From Candidatus Micrarchaeota archaeon (lineage in GTDB: Archaea > Micrarchaeota > Micrarchaeia > Anstonellales > Bilamarchaeaceae), in the NCBI GenBank assembly GCA_014727925.1, contig WJMN01000047.1, forward strand, positions 41,833 to 105,832: a stretch of 64,000 nucleotides of DNA, read 5' to 3'. Shown piece after piece: positions 36,672-45,828 of this stretch; position 1 is the stretch's first letter; each line of letters opens with the position of its first letter. The position numbers were made by a program, and so were the translations under genes. The notes beneath the pieces are model-generated. The model was not told the origin of the DNA. It worked only from the letters and a program-made list of their open reading frames with translations, and did not search any database.

Positions 36672-37364
36672 ATGGCAAAGAAAAAGCCCTCTGCATGCAC
36701 TATCAGTTCACTGAAGAAAGAGGGAGAGCATTATCTTCTTACGCTGAAGTTTCCAAAGGGCTTCAGGTTCAAGGCGGGGCAGTTTGTCAAGCTCTATCTG
36801 GATTCCAAGCTCATCAGCTTTGAACCATTCTCCTTCTTTTCCGCGCCCGAAGAGAAGGAAACAATGTTCATGTTTAAGCCATCTTCACCATTCAAGCAGG
36901 CCCTTGCAGAAGAGAAGAAGGGCTCCAAGCTTTATTTTGAAGGCCCCTACGGGGATTTTACGATTCTCCCAAAGCCCTCCAGTTCCGTGCTTCTCTGCAA
37001 GGGCCTGGGGCTCATTCCCATCTCTTCAATCGGCAAGTCCCTTATTGAGAAGCGGAAGAAGCTGGAAATCCATCTTCTTTATGAGAACAGGAACCGCAAG
37101 GAGGTCCTGAATGAGAAGCGACTCAGGGAGTTTGACAATCACAAGCGGGTAAACATACTGATGACCATCCTGAATGAGCGCCCCATGGACTGGCCTGGAA
37201 AAGTGGGCCAGATTTCCAAGGATATGCTGAAGAGCTTTGTGCCTAAACCCCGCACAAAGGACTATTATATCTGCGGCCCCTCAACTTTTGTAAACCGCAT
37301 GAACACAATCCTCTCAGAGATGCGGGTTTCAAAGAAGAGGATAAAGTCCGAGCCCTGGGATTGA
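36672..37364 (+). CDS. Ferredoxin-NAD(P) reductase-like flavoprotein (divergent copy)
   Basis: FKAGQF, EGPYG, YICGP; RxYS and GGxGxTP motifs altered. Confidence 0.8.
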   Translation: MAKKKPSACTISSLKKEGEHYLLTLKFPKGFRFKAGQFVKLYLDSKLISFEPFSFFSAPEEKETMFMFKPSSPFKQALAEEKKGSKLYFEGPYGDFTILPKPSSSVLLCKGLGLIPISSIGKSLIEKRKKLEIHLLYENRNRKEVLNEKRLREFDNHKRVNILMTILNERPMDWPGKVGQISKDMLKSFVPKPRTKDYYICGPSTFVNRMNTILSEMRVSKKRIKSEPWD

Positions 37365-37442
37365 ACAGCTCTTTGGGCGGAAGCATAAAAAGAATGATGA
37401 TTAATAGTGGATAGAAAGGCCGTGCTTTCGCGTACCTGCCGG

Positions 37443-38147
37443 ATGTTTGAAATGGAATCAAAGACGTATGTTGTAAAAAGCAACCGCGAGATTGCCGAGG
37501 GCATTGTTTCCCTGAAGCTTGCCCCCGAAGATGGGGAGCAGATAGCCTACACACCAGGCCAGTTCATGCTCCTTACTCTCCCCTCTGAAACAAAGCGCGC
37601 TTATTCAATTGCATCTTCTCCTGGCTCTGAACATCTTGAGTTTGCGATAAAGCTCGTAGATGGGGAATTTACCTCCCGAGTTCCCGGCCTTAAGGAAGGA
37701 GACAGGCTTATAGTGGAGGGTCCCCTAGGCCCGTTTATTTATGAGACCTGCGAGGAGTACGTGCTCATTGCAGGGGGAATAGGGATAACCCCCATGATTT
37801 CCATACTCAGAGACAGGGACGGAAAGTCCGAGTGCCAGAAGGCCATTCTTTTCTATTCTGCAAGGAGAAAGGAGGGGCTTGCGTTTTTTGATGAGCTCAG
37901 GGAGCTTGATTTGCGAAATGAAAACATACGCACGGTTTTTACCCTTAGCCGGGAAGAGCCTCCGGGCTGGGAGCATGAAACCGGGCACTTGGACGGGGAG
38001 ATGCTCAAAAAACACCTCAGCAGCCCGGAAAAGAAAAGGTATTTTGTATGCGGGCCTGCCCGGATGGTGGACGCTTTCCGCAAGCTCCTGCTTGAGGACC
38101 TGAATGTTCCTCAGGAGAACTGCACATTTGAAGGCTGGAATGTATAA
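37443..38147 (+). CDS. Ferredoxin-NAD(P) reductase-like flavoprotein
   Basis: PGQF, RAYSIAS, GEFT, EGPLG, AGGIGITP, VCGP. Confidence 0.9.
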   Translation: MFEMESKTYVVKSNREIAEGIVSLKLAPEDGEQIAYTPGQFMLLTLPSETKRAYSIASSPGSEHLEFAIKLVDGEFTSRVPGLKEGDRLIVEGPLGPFIYETCEEYVLIAGGIGITPMISILRDRDGKSECQKAILFYSARRKEGLAFFDELRELDLRNENIRTVFTLSREEPPGWEHETGHLDGEMLKKHLSSPEKKRYFVCGPARMVDAFRKLLLEDLNVPQENCTFEGWNV

Positions 38148-38204
38148 TTTCATTTTACATTTGTGCCCTCTTTTATAAACTTTGCTGGTTATATGTAGAT
38201 ACTT

Positions 38205-38735
38205 ATGGTTTCAAAGCAAAAAGCTCCAAAGGAAGGAAAAGGCGGCGGAAGGGTTCTTCCCCGCACATGGTCACAAAATCCTTTTTTGAAGAAGGGCCCC
38301 CTCCACCGCATGTTTTATATGGGCAGGGAAACCCGCAGGCTTGTAAACGAAGGCGCTTCGCTTAAGAGGGAAGGCAATCTCGAGGGCGCATTTTCCAAAT
38401 TCCAGCTTGCAGCCTCCGGAGCATCAAATCCCGCGTTTTCTGCCGACCTGCATGAAATGGCAGGAGATATGATGCTAATGGTTTCCAGAAACCATTTTGA
38501 GGGTCTGAAAAGGAGTGCCAGCCTGGAAGCTGCAGCCGGAGAATACAAAAAAGCAGCAGCAAAGTGCAAGGATGCAGAGCCTGAAAGGGCAGCAAAATTG
38601 TATGGGATGGCAGGGGAATTTTTCCAGAAGCTAGGATTGCAGGCTCAGGCCAGAGAATGCTATTGCTTTGCTTCAGGCCTGACTAAACACCAACAATTCA
38701 AAAATTTCCTCAATGCGAGGTCTGATTCCCTCTAG
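38205..38735 (+). CDS. Hypothetical TPR/SNAP-like helical protein
   Basis: Ala/aromatic periodicity: AAAGEYKKAAAKCKDAEPERAAKLYGMAGEFFQKLG; basic N-terminus. Confidence 0.6.
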   Translation: MVSKQKAPKEGKGGGRVLPRTWSQNPFLKKGPLHRMFYMGRETRRLVNEGASLKREGNLEGAFSKFQLAASGASNPAFSADLHEMAGDMMLMVSRNHFEGLKRSASLEAAAGEYKKAAAKCKDAEPERAAKLYGMAGEFFQKLGLQAQARECYCFASGLTKHQQFKNFLNARSDSL

Positions 38736-38935
38736 CTTCTATCTCATGATTAGTGAAAAGAAATGGCTCAGTAGGGCATCAAATTTCGCCCTGGCCAAAT
38801 CCAGCCAGCACAGTAAAAATGGGAAAAGATGGGCTCTTTGCGCCTCCCCGCACAACTGCCGATAAGCGCGCAGATCTTTGAGCGCTTGTGTAATCCTTTT
38901 ATAATTTGTCTTCATATTCTGGAACAGGTGAGTTC

Positions 38936-41299
38936 ATGAAAGATGTTCTTTGGTTTGAAGAATTAGACAAGGGCAGCCTTGCTGAGGCAGGGGGAAAAGG
39001 TGCAAACCTAGGAGAGATGCTGAAGGCAGGCTTTCCCGTGCCCCCGGGCTTTGTAACCACAAGCGGGGCTTATTTCAAGCACCTAGAGCAAAACGACCTC
39101 ACAGAAAAAATAACCGAAATGCTCTCCGGCCTGGATGTAGATGACACTGCAAAGCTTCAGGAAACCGCGGAGAGGATACAGGAATTGATTATTGAAGGGG
39201 AAACGCCCCCGGAACTTGAAGCCAAGATAAAAGAAAACTACCAGAAGCTCTGCCAGATGCGCGGAGAAGAAGAGGTTTATGTTGCGGTGCGCAGCTCTGC
39301 AACTGCAGAAGACCTTCCGGGCGCATCTTTTGCAGGGCAGCAGTCCACCTTCCTCAATATCCATGGCCCTGATGGGGTGGTGAAGGCAGTTAAGGAATGC
39401 TGGGCATCGCTTTTTACTGCCCGTGCAATATTCTACAGGGAGCAGAATGATTTTGATCATATGAAGGTGGGCCTTTCCGCGATAGTCCAGGAGATGGTCC
39501 AGAGCGAAAAGGCAGGAGTCATGTTCTCCGTAAACCCGGTAAGCAACAGGAGGAGCGAGCTGATGATTGAGGCTGCTTACGGGCTTGGCGAAGTTGTGGT
39601 TTCCGGCTCGGTAACACCTGATACTTATGTGGTGGACAAAGACAGCTTTGAAATCCTCAAAAAAGATATTGCGAAGCAGACATGGATGGTAATGAAGCAC
39701 AAGGGGGAGAATGCAAAAGCAGAGATAAAAGACGAGATGCAGGATAAGCAGAAACTGCCGGATGAAGATATTGTGGAGCTTGCGAAATTAGGGGTGAAGC
39801 TTGAGGAGCATTATGAATTTCCCCAGGATGCGGAGTGGGCATATGCGAATGGCGAAATTTACATCGTGCAGTCCCGCCCCATCACTACTCTTACTGAAGA
39901 AGAGCTTCCCGGGCCCTCTGAGCCGGAGGAGATGGAGGAAAAGGACGAGCCTTCGGAAGCAGAGGTTATGCTGCGCGGCTTGGGCTCATCCCCCGGATTC
40001 GGTACAGGAAAAGTCGCCCTGCTTGAAAGCGCAAAGGATATTTCCAAGATGCCTCAAGGGGCAATACTTGTTACGGACATGACCACACCCGATTTTGTCC
40101 CTGCAATGAAAAAGGCAGCTGCAATTGTTACAAACACGGGCGGAATGACTTCGCACGCAGCAATTGTGAGCAGGGAACTGGGAATTCCCTGTGTTGTGGG
40201 AACCCAGCGTGCCACGGATATGCTGAAGGAGGGCATGGATGTCACGGTTGATGGAACACATGGAATAATTTACAAGGGAAAAGTGGCACTCGGAGAGCCA
40301 AAGCCAGCAGGAGAGTCAGCGCCCGCACCCTCTGCTTATGAAGCCCCGGTAACAGGCACAAAGATTTACGTAAATCTTGCAGAAGCAGACCTTGCGGAAA
40401 AAACCGCCAAGCTCCCTGCAGATGGAATAGGGCTCCTCCGTGCAGAGTTCATGATTGCGGATATGGGTGAGCATCCCCGCAAGATGTATGAGGACGGAAG
40501 GGAAAACGAATTCATAAACAAGCTTGCAGAAGGGATGCGGCGCTTTGCATCTGCGTTCTATCCCCGCCCGGTTGTTTACCGCACCACCGATTTCAAGACC
40601 AACGAGTACCGCAACCTGAAGGGAGGGGGGGAATACGAGCCTGAAGAAGCAAACCCCATGATGGGATATCGCGGCGCGGCGCGCTACATAAACGAGCCAG
40701 AAGTTTTCAAGATGGAGCTCAAGGCAATCAAGAAGGTGCGCAATGAACTCGGCCTCACAAACCTCTGGATGATGGTGCCGTTTGTGCGCCGTATTGGCGA
40801 GCTCCGCGCAATCAAGGACATGATGCGCAAGGTTGAACTCTATCAGACCAAGGATTTCCAGCTCTGGATAATGGTTGAGGTTCCGAGCACAGTGATGCAG
40901 ATAGATGAGTTCTGCGAGGAAGGAATTGATGGGATTTCCGTAGGCACCAACGACCTGACTCAGCTGATGCTCGGCATAGACAGGGACAACGCAACCCTTG
41001 CAAAAGGCTTTGATGAGCGCAATAATGCAATCTACCGCGCGCTTGAGCGCGTAATCAAAACCACCCGCAAGTATGGGATTACATCCTCGCTTTGCGGGCA
41101 GGCCCCCAGCGTTTACCCCACGTTTGCGGAGAAACTCGTAGAATTTGGAATCACCTCTATGAGCGTGAACCCGGATGCGGTTGAGCGCACCAGGAAGATT
41201 GTGGCTTCGGCGGAGCAGAAAATGACCCTTAAGTATCTCCGGGACATACGCGAGGGAAACAGGTACAGCGGCCCTGAAGAAACCCGTGAGCGTGATTAG
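38936..41299 (+). CDS. ppsA: Phosphoenolpyruvate synthase
   Basis: GGKGANLGEM, VAVRSSATAEDL, ASFAGQ, phospho-His GGMTSHAAIVSRELG, EANPMMGYRGA, GTNDLTQ; RBS AGGTGA. Confidence 0.96.
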   Translation: MKDVLWFEELDKGSLAEAGGKGANLGEMLKAGFPVPPGFVTTSGAYFKHLEQNDLTEKITEMLSGLDVDDTAKLQETAERIQELIIEGETPPELEAKIKENYQKLCQMRGEEEVYVAVRSSATAEDLPGASFAGQQSTFLNIHGPDGVVKAVKECWASLFTARAIFYREQNDFDHMKVGLSAIVQEMVQSEKAGVMFSVNPVSNRRSELMIEAAYGLGEVVVSGSVTPDTYVVDKDSFEILKKDIAKQTWMVMKHKGENAKAEIKDEMQDKQKLPDEDIVELAKLGVKLEEHYEFPQDAEWAYANGEIYIVQSRPITTLTEEELPGPSEPEEMEEKDEPSEAEVMLRGLGSSPGFGTGKVALLESAKDISKMPQGAILVTDMTTPDFVPAMKKAAAIVTNTGGMTSHAAIVSRELGIPCVVGTQRATDMLKEGMDVTVDGTHGIIYKGKVALGEPKPAGESAPAPSAYEAPVTGTKIYVNLAEADLAEKTAKLPADGIGLLRAEFMIADMGEHPRKMYEDGRENEFINKLAEGMRRFASAFYPRPVVYRTTDFKTNEYRNLKGGGEYEPEEANPMMGYRGAARYINEPEVFKMELKAIKKVRNELGLTNLWMMVPFVRRIGELRAIKDMMRKVELYQTKDFQLWIMVEVPSTVMQIDEFCEEGIDGISVGTNDLTQLMLGIDRDNATLAKGFDERNNAIYRALERVIKTTRKYGITSSLCGQAPSVYPTFAEKLVEFGITSMSVNPDAVERTRKIVASAEQKMTLKYLRDIREGNRYSGPEETRERD

Positions 41300-41327
41300 C
41301 CCCCTCTTTCTTCCTTTTTCTTCTTTC
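41300..41327 (+). terminator. Pyrimidine/oligo-T tract after ppsA (archaeal-type terminator)
   Basis: CCCCTCTTTCTTCCTTTTTCTTCTTTCC directly after the stop codon. Confidence 0.45.
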
Positions 41328-41406
41328 CAAACCGGATGTTCCCAGACCTCCTGATTCCCCCAAGCTATGTATATGCTTTTTTTTCTTTTCTATCCCTTTC
41401 AATAGT

Positions 41407-41604
41407 ATGAAAATCCTGCTGCAGTTTCCCGATCTGTTTCATCTTGCGATGAAATCTCGTGAAACTTTATACTGCAAAACAAGGGTGAGCCCATGAAAAT
41501 CCTGCTGCAGTTTCCCGATCTGTTTCATCTTGCGATGAAATCTCGTGAAACTTTATACTGCAAAACAAGGGTGAGCCCATGAAAATCCTGCTGCAGTTTC
41601 CCGA
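41407..41604 (+). repeat. Perfect 86-bp tandem repeat (2 full units plus 26 bp) covering the dph2 start
   Basis: Units begin at 41407, 41493 and 41579 with ATGAAAATCCTGCTGCAGTTTCCCGA; the two 60-bp remainders are identical. Confidence 0.95.
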
Positions 41605-42490
41605 AGGACTCAAGAAAAATGCACTTTCCGAAGCCCAAAAACTAGAAAAGGAAGGCCAGGAAGTTTACCTTTCCTCTTCTGCATGCTACGGAGCCTGTGA
41701 CCTCCCCATGGAAGAGGCATCAGCCTTGAATATAGACAAACTGATTCATTTTGGCCACTCCCAGTTTATACGCACGAGCCTTCCATTCCAGGTTGAATAC
41801 CGCGAATATTATGCACATCTAGATGTGGAAAAGCTGGAGGGCGCACTCTCCTTCCTTGAAGGAAAAGAGCGTATTGTGCTGGTAACAACAGTGCAGCACA
41901 TTCCCCAGCTGGAGCAGGTGAAATCCTTCCTGGAAAAAGAAGGCAAGGAAGTGCTCATTGGGAAGGGCTGCTTCACCGCGCACCCTGGCCAGGTTCTCGG
42001 GTGCGATCCAACCGCTGCAACATCTGTTTCTGAAAATGCAGATGCAATCCTTTATGTAGGCGATGGCAAATTCCACCCAACCGGAATCCACTCTGATCTC
42101 CCTGTATTCTCCCTCAATCCCTCTTCTGGGCAATGCAGGCAGGTAAATGATGAAATAGAGAAAATACGCAAAAGGAAGAAGGGCAGGATGCTCAAGGCCC
42201 TAGAGTGCAAGGTTTTCGCAGTTCTCCTTTCTACCAAGCCAGGGCAGTTCTGCCCGGAAGTTGCGCGTGAGGCAAAAAGGAAGCTCCAGGATGCAGGCTT
42301 TGCTGCAGAAATCCTTGTCTCAAATGAGTTCAACCCTGTTTCCATCGGGAATTTCCCCCAGTTTGAGTGCTACATAAACACTGCCTGCCCCCGCGTTGAT
42401 GAGGATTCCGAGCTTTTTGACAAGCCCATTATAAATGCAGTGGACCTGGATGAGTTCCTAGAGCTCTATAATGAATCCGGTTCTGGCTAA
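41579..42490 (+). CDS. dph2: Diphthamide biosynthesis enzyme Dph2
   Basis: LQFPEGLK, CYGACD, HFGH, GQVLGC, KPGQ, TACPR. Confidence 0.95.
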   Translation: MKILLQFPEGLKKNALSEAQKLEKEGQEVYLSSSACYGACDLPMEEASALNIDKLIHFGHSQFIRTSLPFQVEYREYYAHLDVEKLEGALSFLEGKERIVLVTTVQHIPQLEQVKSFLEKEGKEVLIGKGCFTAHPGQVLGCDPTAATSVSENADAILYVGDGKFHPTGIHSDLPVFSLNPSSGQCRQVNDEIEKIRKRKKGRMLKALECKVFAVLLSTKPGQFCPEVAREAKRKLQDAGFAAEILVSNEFNPVSIGNFPQFECYINTACPRVDEDSELFDKPIINAVDLDEFLELYNESGSG

Positions 42491-42555
42491 ATTGTGTTTT
42501 TAAGTGTAAGAAAAAGATTTTTAAATAGTTTTGCACCCAATTATTTCCGGTTAAA

Positions 42556-43413
42556 ATGGGATTGATACTCAGTATCATAGACCACATCGAGCGTTTGGAG
42601 ATGGACCCTGCCTTAAGGGCAGAGAGGGGCCCGCGCACCCCTGAAGAACTCCGGCAGCATATTGCTGATTTTTCCAGGGGCTTGAACACACCCGAATTCT
42701 ACACCGCATGCACCCATTTCTACTCTATGCCAAGAGTTCAGGCAGTCCCCGCACTTATTTCAGCATTGGAAAACCTCCACCCAAAAATAAAACAGAGTGC
42801 CGCAGTTATGCTTAGCCTGTTTGATGCGCGAGAGGCAATCGGCCCAATAATTGGAATTTTTAAATCAGATGTTTTCACAGTAAGATATGCGGCAATCTGC
42901 ACGCTTTTCTGGTTTGGAAAAACAGCGATACCCAGCCTGTATAAAAACACCCTAAAAACAAAATCTTCAAAAATTGCAGTAGATTCACTGGCTACTCTCC
43001 TGGCCATTGCAGCATATGCCCCGCGTAGTTATAATGCCGGTTCCGAATGCCTTCTTAATGGAAATCCCCTAACAATTGCTGATCGAAGATCGACTGTGGA
43101 GCAGATGTCTTCCTGGATTATCCACGACCGCACAGTGGAAGCACAGGCTATTTTTTCAGAGGTTAATAGTGGCCCGCGCAAGGAATCTTCTTTTCTTAAT
43201 GTTCTAAAAAGGCACCTGGACGACGCACAACTGATTTTTATAGGAAAGCAGATAAACCGGGCCCTTGTGCCTGAGCCTGAAGAAAAACTGCCGAGACCCA
43301 GGGTGCTGAGGCCGGATTTTAAGCGCTCCAGAACGAGGATTCCGCGCAACCTTCCCAGGAAACAATCTTCTGCCCTGGCTTATCTGAGAAGAGGCCCAAC
43401 CAACAAAACTTAA
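42556..43413 (+). CDS. Hypothetical HEAT-repeat protein with Arg/Pro-rich C-terminal tail
   Basis: AVPALISALENLHPKIKQSAAVML..AREAIGPII..SDVFTVRYAAICTL (PBS-lyase HEAT pattern); basic tail. Confidence 0.7.
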   Translation: MGLILSIIDHIERLEMDPALRAERGPRTPEELRQHIADFSRGLNTPEFYTACTHFYSMPRVQAVPALISALENLHPKIKQSAAVMLSLFDAREAIGPIIGIFKSDVFTVRYAAICTLFWFGKTAIPSLYKNTLKTKSSKIAVDSLATLLAIAAYAPRSYNAGSECLLNGNPLTIADRRSTVEQMSSWIIHDRTVEAQAIFSEVNSGPRKESSFLNVLKRHLDDAQLIFIGKQINRALVPEPEEKLPRPRVLRPDFKRSRTRIPRNLPRKQSSALAYLRRGPTNKT

Positions 43414-43451
43414 AAAAGCTCTTTGCCTAATTCCCCTCCAAGGGTGGAGTT

Positions 43452-44330
43452 ATGGAACCAATTACTAAAACATATCTGGACTTACCGTTAATCCACAAAG
43501 GCAAGGTCCGCGAAATGTATGATTATGAAGATGACAAAATCCTCATGGTTGCAACCGACCGCATAAGCGCATTTGATGTGGTTTTCAATGAAGGAATCCC
43601 CTACAAGGGCGCGGTGCTCTCCACACTCTCCAAGTTCTGGTTCGATAAAACAAAACACATTCTCCCCAACCACCTAATCACCACCCAGATGCCTGACACG
43701 CTTCCAAAATACCTCCAGGGCCGCGCAATGATTGTAAAGAAGGCAAAGCCCCTCAAAATTGAAGTAATTGTGCGCGGCTACCTCACTGGTAGCGGCTACA
43801 AGGACTACAGAAAAACAGGCTCGGTCTGCGGCATAGGCCTCTCTGAAGGAATGAATGACGGGGACAAGCTGCCCGAGCCTATTTTTACTCCTTCCACCAA
43901 GGCTGAAAAAGGCCATGATGTTAATATCACGGAAGGGGCAGCAGCAGAGATAATCGGGCAGGAACAACTGGCTCTTGTAAAGGAAAAATGCCTTGAGTTA
44001 TACAAGTTTGGGCACGAATACCTCCTTTCCCGTGGCCTGGTTCTTGCAGATACCAAGTTTGAGTTCGGAGAACTCCCGTCCGGGGAATTAATACTTATCG
44101 ATGAGGTGCTTACTCCGGACTCCTCCCGCTACTGGCCCCTGGACAAATACAAGCAGGGCCAGCTGGTTTCCCTGGACAAGCAGTATCTCCGCAACTACCT
44201 AGAAACCCTAGACTGGGACAAGACATATCCTCCCCCCGAGTTACCAAACCACGTAATTGAAGTTGTGAGCAACCTTTACCTGGATGTTTACGAGAAAATA
44301 ACCGGGCAGGAGTTTCCAACTGAAGAATGA
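43452..44330 (+). CDS. purC: SAICAR synthase
   Basis: GKVREMY, TDRISAFD, RGYLTGSG, TPSTK, ADTKFEFG, DEVLTPDSSRYW, DKQ. Confidence 0.96.
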   Translation: MEPITKTYLDLPLIHKGKVREMYDYEDDKILMVATDRISAFDVVFNEGIPYKGAVLSTLSKFWFDKTKHILPNHLITTQMPDTLPKYLQGRAMIVKKAKPLKIEVIVRGYLTGSGYKDYRKTGSVCGIGLSEGMNDGDKLPEPIFTPSTKAEKGHDVNITEGAAAEIIGQEQLALVKEKCLELYKFGHEYLLSRGLVLADTKFEFGELPSGELILIDEVLTPDSSRYWPLDKYKQGQLVSLDKQYLRNYLETLDWDKTYPPPELPNHVIEVVSNLYLDVYEKITGQEFPTEE

Positions 44331-44340
44331 GAAATCCGTT

Positions 44341-44805
44341 TTATCCAAGGATTTTCTCAAGGCGGGAAAGTGCTCCCTGCCCCTCTCCCCTGTTCAGCCC
44401 AATCAGAAACCCAATGTGCACAAGTTCCTCCGCAGTGCGCATCTCCCCCTCGTTTTCCGCAAAGCTCGCCACCGCAAAGGGGACCTTGTACTTAAGACAC
44501 ATCCGGGCAAAGTTTCGCATTCGCTTAAGCACAGAAGCCCGCTTCCCCCTGCCTGTTTTGGTTATTTCAGAAAAGTCCAGCAGGAACAACGCGTTTTTCT
44601 CCTCAAAGCCCCGCACTAGCTCAAGGCTCATAGGGTACCCTGAAACTCTCACAAGAACGTTGCGGTTGCGGAGTTTCACTGCTTCCTTTTCGTTTTCTGC
44701 AAATACTATCCTTTCTTTTACAGAATTGAAAAAATAAGTTTTGGAAAACCCGTATTCCTCCGGGCTTTCGCATTCAAATTTCAGGATGTCAAAACAGCCT
44801 TTCAT
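44341..44805 (-). CDS. RNase P protein subunit Rpp30, short form
   Basis: RASVLKRMRNFARMCLKYKVPFAVASFAENEGEMRTAEEL resembles the Rpp30 C-terminal half; ATGA-coupled to rpl15e, a conserved archaeal neighbourhood. Confidence 0.7.
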   Translation of the reverse strand: MKGCFDILKFECESPEEYGFSKTYFFNSVKERIVFAENEKEAVKLRNRNVLVRVSGYPMSLELVRGFEEKNALFLLDFSEITKTGRGKRASVLKRMRNFARMCLKYKVPFAVASFAENEGEMRTAEELVHIGFLIGLNRGEGQGALSRLEKILG

Positions 44806-45371
44806 CTTTTCCTGTACCTGCGGCTCTTATTCTGGTTCCTTTCTTTTTTGTTCTTGGAACCTTTCCTCTGTGCCTTCCTTCCTTTTGCCCTGAGGCCCCG
44901 TGTCTTTTTTCCTGAGCTGCTCATTCCGCGGTAGACCCGCCTTTTGTTTAGTTTCACTTCACTATTACGGCGGGTGTCAACTAGCAGGACCTCAAAGAAC
45001 TTGTAGTTTCCGTCCTCACCTGCGAGGTATGAGTTGAGCACTTCAAGGTTTGAGTATTTTCTGTTTGCCTTCTGCTCTGCTTGTGTCCTGAGGCTTGAGC
45101 CTGGCTGCACATAGAGGTAAGCATGCGCAGGCTTCCTTCCTTTGCCTGAGGTGCGCCTCCTTCTGCGTCCCTTGCCTACCCTTACTCTTGCAACTACGTA
45201 TCCCTCTTTGGCCTTGTATCCGAGGGTGCGTGCACGCACAAGATTAGATGGCCTCTCAACGCCATGCACAACAGGCCCCCGCCTCCAGCGGAAGATCTTG
45301 TCCTTGAGCAATGCGCTCCTTTCCCGGAGCTCTTCCTGGTATGTTTTTTTCATGTATTTGTATGCTCCCAT
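44802..45371 (-). CDS. rpl15e: 50S ribosomal protein eL15
   Basis: MGAYKY, ARTLGYKAKEG, NLEVLNSY, YKFFEV, RGMSSSGKKTRGL. Confidence 0.96.
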   Translation of the reverse strand: MGAYKYMKKTYQEELRERSALLKDKIFRWRRGPVVHGVERPSNLVRARTLGYKAKEGYVVARVRVGKGRRRRRTSGKGRKPAHAYLYVQPGSSLRTQAEQKANRKYSNLEVLNSYLAGEDGNYKFFEVLLVDTRRNSEVKLNKRRVYRGMSSSGKKTRGLRAKGRKAQRKGSKNKKERNQNKSRRYRKR

Positions 45372-45382
45372 AACATTCACCT

Positions 45383-45425
45383 ATAGGGCAGTTCAGGATA
45401 CCACTCCCACATCCGGCCCGTGGAG
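45383..45425 (-). ncRNA. Putative eL15 ribosomal-protein leader (5' UTR element)
   Basis: Minus strand CCACGGGCCGGAUGUGGGAGUGGUAUCCUGAACUGCCCUA directly before the GGUGA RBS; GGGC/GCCC closing stem; CGGAUGUGG and CUGAAC resemble archaeal eL15 leaders (from memory). Confidence 0.55.
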
Positions 45426-45491
45426 TTTCTTTAAGACGAGATAGCTTTAAAAATAGTTATGTCTTAATTCTCATCCCTTAGCGGTGTGGTT

Positions 45492-45824
45492 ATGGAGGAA
45501 AATGACGCTTCATTTATGAAAACAATAGAAGATGTTAAGTCCGCCGAGCAGAAGGCGGAAGAGCTAAGGGAGGATGCCCGCCAAAATGCCGAGAAAATCT
45601 CCCTCTCCGCAAAAAAGAAAGCTGAGGATATCCGGCTGGAAGGGGAAAAGAAGGCCCTTGAGCTCAAAGAAAAACAAATTTCAGAAGGCAAGAAGGCGAC
45701 TGAAAAAGAAGTAAAGAAAATACTTTCTTCAGCAGAGAAGAAAGCAGAACAAATAAAGGGCAAGAAGGTGAATTCCAAAGGGATTTCCAATCTTATGGAC
45801 AATTTTCTGAAGTCTTTCCAGTGA
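45492..45824 (+). CDS. atpH: A-type ATP synthase subunit H (peripheral stalk)
   Basis: Charged coiled coil, first gene of the ATPase operon. Confidence 0.8.
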   Translation: MEENDASFMKTIEDVKSAEQKAEELREDARQNAEKISLSAKKKAEDIRLEGEKKALELKEKQISEGKKATEKEVKKILSSAEKKAEQIKGKKVNSKGISNLMDNFLKSFQ

Positions 45825-45828
45825 TATC

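Noticed and set aside
38746-38895. 39-codon ORF and 8-bp hairpin (ATAAGCGC...GCGCTTGT) upstream of ppsA
   Set aside because: Too short and weak to distinguish from chance.
41407-41604. CRISPR array (26-bp repeat three times with 60-bp intervals)
   Set aside because: The intervals are identical, the repeat is the dph2 coding start, and there are no cas genes; it is a tandem duplication.
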